64,000 bases of DNA from Candidatus Latescibacterota bacterium. Its GTDB lineage: Bacteria; Latescibacterota; UBA2968; UBA8231. This document shows positions 53,001 through 63,777 of the stretch, piece by piece. Position 1 is the stretch's first letter. Every line of letters starts with the position of its first letter. The stretch spans positions 2,613,161 to 2,677,160 of the forward strand of contig CBDAOB010000005.1 in NCBI GenBank assembly GCA_965197905.1, written 5' to 3'. Below the pieces are notes generated by a model. That model was not told the DNA's origin and ran no database searches. It was given only the letters and a program-made list of their open reading frames with translations. Position numbers and translations under genes: made by a program.

Positions 53001-56000
53001 CGTAGAGGCCGACTCGTCCGTGGTCCAGGCGATCGTCGCCTCGGTGTCGCTCTTGCCATAGACCGTGGGACCGGTGTCGATCTTCGGCGCCTCTTCATCC
53101 GGCGCGCCTTCGGTGGAGAAGCTGAAGCCGGTCCGCACCGTCGTGTTGCCCGCCGCATCCTCGAGCTCGAGCTCGTAGGTGTAGTCGCTGTCGAGCTCCA
53201 GGTTGGACAGCACCACCCGGTGAAAATCGAGGTAGCTGGCTAGCGGCACCGTCTCGGAGACACCGGCCAGGTGGTGCGTGAGTCGCAGCTGGGCGGGCTC
53301 GTCCAAGGTCACCTCGATCACCGCCTCGTTGTGGGTCGTCGATACGGCCAGCGGACCGCTGCTGATGAGCGGCGGAGCCGCATCCGGCTCCATCTCGGTG
53401 TTAACCGTCACGTCTCCCGAGCAGGCCGGGCCGTTGCCCACCCCGTCCGTGGCGCACACCCGCACGTGATACGTGGCGGCAGGGGCCAAGCCCACCAGCT
53501 GCCACTCGTGGCTGGGCACCAGATCGGCTCGGGGAAGATTCCCCAGCTCGTATCCCGCCGTCAGACCGTACTCCAGCACTGCGGTGGTCGCTTCGCTGGT
53601 GGTGGCGGCCACGGTGGCGCGGTCGTAACCGACGTCCAGTATCGCAATACCGCCAATGAATTCAGGAGGCGTCAGATCGGGTTCCGCCGGCGTAGTGAAT
53701 GACAGCGCCAGGCTGGCCACGGGACCGTTCCCGGCCGCGTCCGTGGAAAACGCCTGGAAGGAGTAGGTGGCGTCCCCTTCCAGATTGGTGAGCGCCAGGT
53801 CGTGGTCGAACAGGTCGACGGCATTCACCACCGATTGCTCTATCCCGTCCGGGCCGGTGAACCGCACCTCCGCGTCCGCCGGCTCGCTGGTGCGCCACTG
53901 TATTCGTGCCCGGTTGAACTGCAGGTCGGCTACCGAGGGCTGACCCTGAAAGGCGGGCGCCGTCACGTCGGCCATGTCGGTGGTCATGAAGGTTCCCCCG
54001 TTTGGTCCGGAGACCAAGCCGCCGCCGTTCATCGAGCGCACCGCGTAGGTGTACTCGGTGTCGGGAGAAAGATTGGTCAACACCAGGTTGTGCTCGGTGT
54101 CGGGGGTGCCCCTGGTCTCGATGAAGGATTCAGCCGGGTCGGCGGTGGGATAGTAGGTCACCTCGGCATCGGTGGCCTGGTCGGTCTGCCAGTAGATCGT
54201 AGCCCGGTCCAGGCCGACACCCTGCTCGATTGGCCCCGCGGTAACGGTCGGTGGCGTGCTGGGTGCTGCCGCCAGGGTATGGAAGCTCACAATCTCGGAG
54301 ATCGCCGTGTTTCCGGTGGCGTCCGTTGATGATACTTGCAGGAAATAGTCCGTGTCGGCGGTCAGGTCGGTGAGGTCGATGGAGTGACTCTGCTGCCGGA
54401 TCAGATTGCGCAGGGCCAGCTCGCCGCACTCAGATCCGAGTTCATACTGAGGATCACCTCGCCGTCCGCCGGCTCATCCAGGCTCCACAACACCCGGGCG
54501 CGGTCGATCTGCACGTCTGAGGTATACGGCAACACCGTGAACACCGGCGCCGCGACGTCGGCGTCCGTCTCGGTGACAAAAGAAAAGGTGATCTCACTCG
54601 TGGCGTTGCCGGCGGCATCCCGCGCCACCAGGCCCGCGTGATAGGTTGTTCCCGCTTCCAACCCGCTCAAGCCCTCGCGATGATCCTGCCGCCGAGTGCT
54701 CACCGGCCGCACCTCCGCCCCAGTCAAATCCGGATTGACCGAGTACCGCAGGGTCAATTCCACCGGCTCGTCATAGCTCACCTCGATGGTCGCGCCGGAA
54801 ACGGTGATGCCCTGCGCCACCGGCCCCGTTACTACCTGGGGCAGATCCAAATCTTCCATGCGCAGGGTGGTAAAGGAACCCACCCCGGCGTCGGAACTGT
54901 TGCCCTGGGCATCCTGGGCGAGAACAAACAGATCGTAGGTCGTATCCGGCGCCAGCTGGGTCAACGACACCCGGTGCTCGGTGGACGGCGTGATCTGGAA
55001 CAGGATGCCACCCTCCGCCAGGCTGTTGATCTTGGCGTTGCCGAACGTGGCGTAGCTGAGGCTGCCGATGGTCAGCTCGTTAGTGCAATAGACGATGGTC
55101 GCCCCGGTGGCGCCGATGCCTTCCGCGTACGGCCCCTTCACCAGCTGAGGCGGGGTCAGATCCTGCTCCGCCAGGGTCGAGAACTCACCCCGCACCGCCG
55201 GCGTTTCATTGCCCGCCCCATCGCGGGCGACCACCTCGTAGAAGTACGGCGTGTCCGGCTCCAGATTGGTCAATGAAACGCTGTGATCGGCTTGCAGGGT
55301 AGCGCTCTCGCGCAGCACCGGATTGTCGAGGTTGGCGCTGGTGGACAGCAAAACTTGAAGTCGCACCGGCTCGTCGGCTCCCAGAACCAGAATGCCGCTC
55401 TGCTCGGTCAACCCCTCGATGGCGGGACCTATGAGAAACGACGCTGCCTGCAGATCCGGTCCGGCACGAGTGTCGAAGGAGCGCGCATCCGAAATCGTCT
55501 CGTTGCCGCTGCCATCCTGAATGAAGACCCGGTAGTGGTATGTGGTTTCCGCCAGCAGCCCGGCCAGGGTGATCTGGTGGCTACCCGAGGGCTGGGTGCC
55601 CGCGGCCAGGCGCCCGTCACCCAGATCGATGTCGGTGTCGAAGCGCACCTGGGCGTTTGTCGGCTCGTCGGTTCCAAACTCGATCTGCGCCGATGCCTCG
55701 GTAACGCTGAGAGCCGCTGGTCCGTGCACGAAACCTGGCTCTACCTGATCGGCTTCGGCCTCTGTGGTGAAGAAACCAACCTCCACCACCGACGGATTAC
55801 CCACCGCGTCGTGGGATTCCACCTCGATGCGGTAATCCGTATCCACCGACAGGCCGCTCAGGCCAACCGCGTGGTCCTCGAGCAAACCCGGGTCGATGAT
55901 CTCGCCGCCCGTCTGTTGCGTCTCCACCACCTTGGCCACACCCTGAGGTTGCCAGCGCACCCGGCTGTCGCTCAATTCATCGGTTCGCCAGCGCACCACG

Positions 56001-58615
56001 GCGCTCTGCTCGGTGATCCCTTCCACGTACGGCGACACCAAGAACTGAGGCGGATCTTCGTCCGGTGCCGCCAGGGTCAGTGCCTGGCCGCTGACCGGAT
56101 CGGAGGTATTGCCCGCCTCGTCCGTTGAGCGGAGCTCGTAGTCGTACCAGGTGGCCGACGACAGGCCCTCCAGCGTGACGCTGTGCTCGGTAACAAAGGC
56201 TCCCTCCACCACGTCGAAGACGGTCTGCTGCTGGGTGGCAACCACCTTGGCAGGGGGAGCATCCTCTGCGGCGTGGACGGCCGTGTTGCCCGGCTCGTCG
56301 GTGGACCAGCTCAGGGTCAGCATATCGTGGGTTACGGCAGCCCGCACGTTGGACAGCACCGGCGGGCGCAGATCCTGTTCGGTGGTGAAGCCAAAGGAGG
56401 CTGCAGCCGTAGCGCCGGCGGGATCACGGGCGGTCACACTCCAGCCGTAACCGACGCCCGGATCGAGATCCATGGCGCTGTAGGTGGTGGCGCTGGTGCC
56501 CCCGGCCACCGAGGATTCTGCTCCAGCCGGACCGAGCGAAACGTCGTAGACCAGGCTCTCGCCATCGACATCGACCGCGCTCCATGACAGCAGCGGCGAG
56601 AGGGTGACTTCGGTGGCGCCGTTGGCGGGGAAATTGGCGACCGGGACGGAAGGCGGATCGTTGATCGGGTTCCAGGTGAGGATCACGGCCTGGGTAGCTT
56701 CGTTCCCCGTGGACGGATCGGTGAGATGAATGGTGGCGGCGGTAAAGCCATGGGCGTTAGCGACGGGCGTGAAATCGATGCCGGCACTGCCCCCCGCGGC
56801 GGCGCCAACCAGGCCGGCGTCGAACCCGGAAGCAGACCAGACCAGGGTGCCCACGTCGGTGTCTACGTCCGCCGCATTGCCGGCCCCGGCCACTTGCAGA
56901 CCTATGTCCTCGTCCGCCTCGAAGTTGCCCGCCAGTGCCGTGATTTCGGGCGGATCGTCCACGGCTGTCCAGGTGAGATTCACCGACTGCTCTGTGCTCA
57001 AGCCGTAGACGTTGGTGCGGGTTATGGTCACCGCATCATTGCCGGATGCGTTGGTTACGGGCGTGAACTGGATCATGTCACCCACCACCGCAACACCGGA
57101 AATGAGAATGACATCAGTATCGCTCACGCTCCAGGTTCCCGCCTGCGGGTCCTTGCCCATTAGATCCAGCTCCAGAACACGGTCCTCCAGCTCCGTTGCG
57201 GCGGCGATGACATCCACCTGTGGTACGCTGTTGACCGTGATCGACTGACTCACCTGCACCACGTGTTCGCCCAGGCTCTTGGGGCCGCGCACGGTCAGCA
57301 GGGCTTCGTGGCTCCCTGGCGTGGAATAGGTCACCGCCACCGATTTGGTGAACGAAATCCCCGCGCCATAGGTGTTGTCGGAAATGGCTCCCCCATCGGT
57401 ATTGGTCTCCAGAAACGCCGCATAGGAATACCCGGTCACCTGAATAGTGAAGGTGACACCGAATGGCGGATTCCCCTGAGTAGCCGAAGCAGACAAGGTC
57501 ACCACCGGAGCCGGCGGGTCGTTGATGGTCAGGGTTCCAACCGTATTGCCGCTGTAGTTGGCGTCACTGATGGTAGCGGTCAATCCGTAGACGCCAGGGG
57601 CGGATGGCGGTCCTCCCAACGGCAGCAGGTCTTTGGTATAGCTGAAGCCGACTGACAACCCCGCTGGCGTGGTGGTAGCCCCGCCGGCCTTGGCGGTGCC
57701 GTCGTAGGACGCGGTGAGATTGTTCAGCGCGATGATAGCGGTCGCCTGGGCCACCGAAAAGCTGCTGGAGGTAGCCGGGGTCAAACCCGAGACTGTCGTG
57801 GCCATGATGGTGCGACCGGATCCCGCGCCCGATACGGTCAGATCGGTGAAGACCGCCACGCCGTTGACGAAGGATACCGTGGTGCTCGACAGGGAGCCTG
57901 ACGGACTGAGCTCGAGGGTCACCGTGCCGGTAAAACCTACATCTGTGTTGCCGGCGGCGTCCTGCGCCGCGACGCCGATAGTAAAGGGCGACAGGTGGAC
58001 GACGCCGCTGGGCTGGTTGGTAAATGCCAGCTTGCTGGCGGTGACGTTCGACATGACCGTGCTGGATGTAGCGGTGGGCAGATCGGTGCCGACACCATCC
58101 TGGTCATTGGCGATAAGAGCGAAGTCTTCGCTGCCTCCGGACGCGGTATAGATCAGGTTAACGAAGGTCGCGACCCCGTTGAGAGCGGTGATGACGTTGT
58201 TGGTGAGAAATCCTGCTGCTGATTCGGTAAGGGTTATGGTCTCCTGGAAGTCGAGATCGACGTTGCCCTCGGCGTCCTGAGCCTGTACCAGCGGCTGCGT
58301 CATGAGCGCTTCGCTGCTGACCGAGCCCGCGGGTTGGGTGGAGAAAGCGAGCTTGGTGGCGGTGATGTCCAGTTGGGGCAGGAATCCGACGCGGATGCCA
58401 TAGGTCGTGCTAGCCGGCTGAGTCGCGCCCTGCGCCGGCGCCGCCGGTGCGACGGATCGCAGCTTGTAGGTGGTGCTGAGATTGTTGACCGAGACGACGC
58501 TGCTGACGGCGCTGGACTTGAGCTGGTAGGTGGTGCTGCTCGCATCCTGGGCGAAGGAGGCGGAGAACCAGCAGATCGAGGCGGAGAGGAGCAGCAAGAT
58601 CGTGCGCGCACTCAT
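50049..58615 (-). CDS. Giant (~2,850 aa) secreted paralog: triple-STTY N-terminal module, Ig/MBG/cadherin-like domains, 16 FN3-like repeats, dockerin, cohesin-like domain, FlgD-Ig/T9SS CTD; -1 frameshift near 54420
   Basis: GGAGG RBS then ATG 58615 (MSARTILLLLSASICWFSASFA/Q). The frame change at ~54420 continues as ELALRNLIRQQSHSIDLTDLTADTDYF into ORF 50049..54290. CTD NYPNPFNPSTT...GKMLLVR. Confidence 0.85.
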
Positions 58616-58661
58616 GATTTCGCCTCCCGTGGAGGGACGGTTTTCACATTGACGCGCCATG

Positions 58662-60288
58662 TCAATCTCGATTCTCTTGGTGGACGGCGAACTCGCGTCG
58701 AACTGATGGTGGCGCCGAGGTGTCCATTGATAATCGTTCCTCGAGAGCAGCCAGTCGCGCTTCCAGGCGTTCGGTGCGTTGCTCCAGCACCTCGATGCGC
58801 TCGTCCTTCGAAGCGGACTCCTGCTGCAGGACCTCGATCTGTTCTTCTTTCTCCTCGACAATCTCGCTCAGCCCCTGGATCGCCGCGAGGGCAACTCCGG
58901 ATGGATCGATGGTGGAGATGGTAGTGTCGCTCTCGCCAACTGCGAAGGCAGCGTAGAAATCCTGTGCCATCGGACCGATGTGTTCGATGCTCGGATCCTG
59001 GCCATCGAAGCTCCATTGCTTGATCGGAACCTGGAGGAGCTGCTCGAGGACCCTGCGATGGTCGACGGTACGGATGTTGCGCTTGCGAGTGCTGTCGGAG
59101 ACGCCGGCCCAGGCGCTGGCGCCGGCAGCGAGGGTTACACCCTGGGTGAGGCCGGCGTTGGAGAAGATGCGGGTGCCTCCCGAAGCACGGACGTTGAACT
59201 CGTCGGCGACTGTGGAAGAAAAATTGGTGGCAGAATTATCCGACCATACGAAGGATCCGTTGTGCCAGGCTTGGGCTTCCCGCCCTGCAGCTAAGGAATA
59301 ATCGCCTTGGGATATGTTACTTAGACCGCCGGAGATCACGGCGTACTGGCCGCTGGCGATGTTGACATTACCACCACCAATTGCCGAGTAGTCGCCACTC
59401 GCAGTGTTGCCATTTGGTGCGAAGGGTGCACCTCCTCCCGAAACGGTTGAGCTTTGGCCACTGGCAGTATTTCTTCTTCCACCGCCCACGCTGGATTCAA
59501 TCCCGGTTGCGCTGTTCTCCTGTCCACCGCCAACCGTCGATCTCACTCCTTGTGCAAGATTCAGGCTGCCGCCGCTTACAGTTGCGTCTCCACCGCTGGC
59601 AGTATTGGACATGCCGCCCCCAACGGAAGCGGCTTGACCTGCAAGATTATTGGACCCGCCGGCAACAGTAGCCCGCGCACCTTGGGTATCGTTCGAAAAA
59701 CCACCACCTACAGTGGCCCAGTTGAAAAGCGCAGAGTTGTCAAATCCTCCACTCACGACTGCATAATCCGCTGAGGCGGTATTGCTAGAGCCGCCGGTGA
59801 TGACCGCTAGAAGGCCGGAAGCGATGTTGTTTTCGCCACCACCAACAACCGACGAACTACCGACGGCGTCGTTGCTGTGGCCGCCGCTGATAACCGAGTA
59901 TGGGCCGCTGGCCGCATTGGCTTGTGCAGCGACCAATCCCCCCCCTCCCCCTACCGTTGAGTACTGGCCACTAGCCGCGTTGGCGGCACCTCCTCCTACA
60001 GTCGCAAAGTTGGCAGTAGCAGTGTTAACTTGCCCTCCCCCTATGGTTGCCACTAATACCACTGACTGTGTTGTTGAATCCTCCCCCAACGGTGGATTGG
60101 GACCCACTTGCGGTATTACCATCGCCTCCACTTACCGTCGCCCAAAAATTGGTGGCTGAATTTCCGTCGCCTCCACCAACGGTTGAATTGCCTCCGCTAG
60201 CCGTGTTGCTCTGGCCCCCACCAACTGCATCAAACCCACCACTTGCAGTATTGCTCTGACCACCGCTAACAGTGCTATGACCGCCGTT
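58662..60288 (-). pseudogene. Tail-fibre-like protein: Gly/Asn 14-aa repeats + peptidase S74 intramolecular chaperone + coiled coil; 5' end removed by IS256; +1 frameshift near 60050
   Basis: Repeats (T/V)VGGGxxNxAxGxxS run in frame from 60288 (NGGHSTVSGGQSNTASGG...) right up to the IS end. The C-terminus has W..VSD...KRNI, HIGPMAQDF, ALAAIQGL and a heptad coil. Confidence 0.8.
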
Positions 60289-60396
60289 GAGCTATAATCA
60301 AAAGGTGTGGAAATACACAGAAGGCGATCCTACCCTTCCTTTGTAATTAGACATTACACGCGCCGGGGCTGTCCCGGCAGGAAGAGGAGAATCGCC

Positions 60397-63300
60397 ATGC
60401 CACAACCTAAGCTGAGCACCGCGGAAATGTCCATGCCCACGTTCGAAACGTTGGAAGCGTGGACGCGGTCGCAGATTCAGTCTTTGATGCAGTCGGTTTT
60501 GGATGAAGAAGTGACGCAGGTGCTGGGGCGGTCGCGCTACCAGCGTCAGGCCCCGTTGGACGCACCCGGCGGCTATCGAAATGGCTACGGGAAGCGGCGG
60601 CGACTGTCCTGTACCTCGGGCACGATCGAGGTAAAACGTCCACGCGTGCGAGGTCTGGAAGAGCGCTTCGAGAGCGCCATTCTGCCGCTGTTTGCGCGGC
60701 GTACGAAGGAGGTGGGTCAGCTGTTGCCGGAACTGTATCTGCACGGTCTGTCCCAAGGCGACTTCGAGCTGGCGCTGCGCGGCCTGCTGGGAGCGGGAGC
60801 GCCGCTGTCGCCGTCCTCAATCGCGCGTTTGCGGGATAAGTGGATCGTCGAATACCACGCCTGGCGCAGCCGACGGCTGGATGACCGCGAGCTGGTGTAC
60901 GCCTGGGCCGACGGGATCGTGCGCCACGAGGCGCCAGAGAACCGGGTGGGATGCAAGGACCCACCAACGGGCTGTCGCAGCAGCCCGTTGAAGCTGGAGG
61001 CAGCCTGACCCTGGGAGCGCAGGGGAAGGTGGAAGCAGCCTCGACAACGACAGAGTGGAGTGGCACCTCCAGACACTCCACGTCTGGCAAGCAAGACGGA
61101 ATGGTGTAACCCGAAGTGAACCAGTGATGGAACCCCCTTTAGCGGCCCGCCAACCCAAACCTGGTGGGTAAGGGTTGGTACGCAACGCACGTGGTCGGAT
61201 ATATGACCGACTGCGACTCTGGGGAGGTGTGATACCCACCGAAGCAGAGGCCTTGGAGAATGCCTGCGGCGTACCCAAGGCGAAGTTGCAGGGGAAAAGC
61301 TGGGCCCCTCCCCCGTCAAACGGTTCATGGTGAACGTGGGAACCGAGCCGAGTCCGACCGTTATCGGGGCAGCGCGCTGTCCGCTGTGGGGCTTGGCAAG
61401 GGACGGAGCCTCTGTAGTAGTCCGCGAGCGGGAAAGCCGCTTACATGGCGAAGGGAGGCAGCAAGTTGCGCAGTGGGGTACTGGAAAAACAGGAGGACGC
61501 CGGTGAATGCCAGCGCTTCGTGGCCCGAGGCAGAACAAGCCCGTAATCGAGTACTGGAAATCCAGACCAAACTGCACCGTTGGGCTGTAGAGGATCGAAG
61601 CAAGTGCTTCGACGACCTGTTCAACCTGGTGTGTGACCCGGCGTTTTTGAGTGTAGCCTGGCGTCGGGTGCGCAGCAACAAGGGTGCTCGTTCGGCCGGA
61701 GTGGACGGACAAACGGCCTACTCTGTGGAGACGGAACGCGGCGAGGAGGCCTTTCTCGCCGAGGTGCGGGTTGATCTGAAGACCCGCAGTTTCCGGCCTC
61801 TGCCCGTACGCGAGCGGTTGATTCCGAAACCTGGCACAACGAAGAAGCGCCGGCTCGGCATCCCAACCGCTCGGGACCGAGTGGTCCAAGCCGCACTCAA
61901 GCTGGTGCTCGAACCGATCTTCGAAGCGGACTTCAAGCCGTGCTCCTACGGCTTCCGCCCGAATCGGCGGGCTCAGGACGCCATCGCCGAGATTCATCAA
62001 TTCTGCTCCCGCTCTTATGAGTGGGTGGTGGAGGGCGATATCCGTGCTTGTTTCGATGAGATTGATCACGCAGCCCTCTTGGACCGCGTGCGTCGACGTA
62101 TCGGTGATAAGCATGTTCTGAGGCTTGTAAAAGCGTTCTGCAAGGCCGGTGTCCTCACGGAACAATCGGTGTTGCAAGAAAGCACTTCGGGCACTCCGCA
62201 AGGCGGTATTCTCTCACCGCTGGTGGCAAATATCGCCTTATCCGTCCTCGACGATTATTTCACTGAGGTCTGGAGAAAGGTGGGCGCTACCTCCAGTGCG
62301 CGACAAGCGCATCGGCGCAAGGGGCTACCGACTTGTCGGCTTGTCCGTTACGCTGACGATTTCGTGCTGCTGGTGGCGGGCACCGAAGCTGCAGCGTATG
62401 ACCTGCGCGACCAAGCGGGGGTGACTCTCACCCCCATGGGTCTGCACCTGTCGGAGACGAAGACCGCCATCACGCACATCAGCCGTGGCTTCGATTTCCT
62501 GGGTTTTCGCATTCAGAAGCGACGGAAACCGGGCCCGGTTGGCGCACGCATCTATACGTGGCCAAGAAAGGAATCTCTGGCCCGGTTGAAGAGCACGGTG
62601 CGCGCAGTCACGAGAACGGGTCGGCAGAGGCCGTTGAAGAGCCTTCTGCGCCAACTCAATCCGGTGTTGCGGGGGTGGGCCAACTACTTTCAGTACGGGG
62701 GTGTCGAAGGCCACTTTCAACTACGTGCGGGGCTTCACTTGGCGCCGCGTAGTGCATTGGCTGCGCCGCAAGCACCCGCGCTTTAATTGGAGGAAGCTGA
62801 AACGCCGCTACCTGCCAGGATGGTGGCCCACCGAGGACGGGATTGCTCTTTACAACGTCGGCGAAGTAGCAGTGACTCGTTACCGCTATCGATCGGCGCG
62901 GATCCCTTCTCCCTGGCCTGCGACAACCGGATGAGACTCTGCGGTCACACGGCACCTTGTGGAGAGCCGGATGCGTGGTAACGCGCACGTCCGGTTCGGA
63001 GGGCGGGCCGGAGAAACCCACATCACGCGTGTGGCGCAGGGCGCTCCGGTCCGACCCTACTACGTCAAAGCCGGGCTCGAGAAAGAAAAGGCCGCTCTCC
63101 TGGTGGTCATCGGCGCCATGAGCGATGGGCGCAAGGAAGTCTTGACGATTGTCCCAGGCTATCGCGAATCGAAGGAGTCGTGGACGAGCGTGCTGCGCGA
63201 TTTGCGTGACCGCGGACTGAGCGCGGCGAAGTTGTTGGTGGCGGATGGGCACCTGGGTATTTGGGCCGCCCTGGCGCAGGTCTGGCCGGAGACGGCGGAA

Positions 63301-63777
63301 CAGCGGTGCTGGAATCACCGCCTCCTGAACGTGTTGGATAAGCTGCCTAAACGCGTGCAGGCCGAAGCGCGGCAACTGCTGACACAGATCCCCTACGCGC
63401 CGACCCGTCAAGACGCGACCAAACGCCGCGATCAATTCGCCAAACGATTCCACCGCGAATGCCCAGACGCCGTAGATATCCTCGAGCGCGATTGGGACCG
63501 TATGGTGGCATTCTACGACTTTCCCGAGGCCCACTGGCAACACCTGCGCACTACCAACGTCGTTGAAAGTCCCTTCGCTTCGGTACGGCTGCGAACCAAT
63601 GCGGCCAAGCGCTACAAGAAGGTGGCCAATGCCACCGCCCTCATATGGCGGGTACTGATGGTGGCCGAGAAACGATTTCGCCGACTCCGTGCACCGCATC
63701 TTATGGCTGACGTGTACGCCAATGTGCGCTACGAAAATGGATCACACATCGCGCAAAGGAAGAAGATTGCCGCCTGA
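60397..63777 (+). CDS. IS256-family DDE transposase, two exons (60397-60918 + 63061-63777), 412 aa when spliced
   Basis: YRNGY..R, LYLHGLSQGDF, YAWADGI|YVKAGLEKEK, LLVADGHLG, QRCWNH, LRTTNVVESPF; GAGGAG RBS. Confidence 0.92.
60919..63060 (+). mobile_element. Group II intron (2142 nt)
   Basis: 5' GTGCG at 60919; domain V GAGCCGGATGCGTGGTAACGCGCACGTCCGGTTC (62964-62997); domain VI with bulged A ending CCGACCCTAC at 63060. Removal restores the transposase frame exactly. Confidence 0.95.
61503..62934 (+). CDS. ltrA: Group II intron reverse transcriptase/maturase (no endonuclease domain); +1 frameshift at G5 62697-62701
   Basis: AGGAGG then GTG 61503; GVDG, RRLGIPT..DRVVQ, SYGFRP, GDI..CFD, GTPQGGILSP, VRYADD, FDFLGF, domain X LNPVLRGWANYF continuing YG-VSKATF...WLRRKH. 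Confidence 0.93.

Noticed and set aside
60047..60131. ORF-track start (MEAMVIPQ...) for the fibre gene
   Set aside because: Out-of-frame artefact; the Gly/Asn repeat frame continues upstream to the IS boundary at 60288.
58662..60288. Prophage suggested by the tail-fibre/S74 domain
   Set aside because: No capsid, terminase, integrase or other tail genes; the context is secreted cellular proteins.
61260..62934. RT as a DGR, retron or CRISPR-associated RT acting on the adjacent fibre gene
   Set aside because: It has group II intron boundaries, domains V/VI, domain X and YADD. I saw no TR/VR repeat pair, avd, msr-msd or cas genes.
60717..63699. 494 aa and 347 aa minus-strand ORFs
   Set aside because: Antisense to the intron RT and the transposase.
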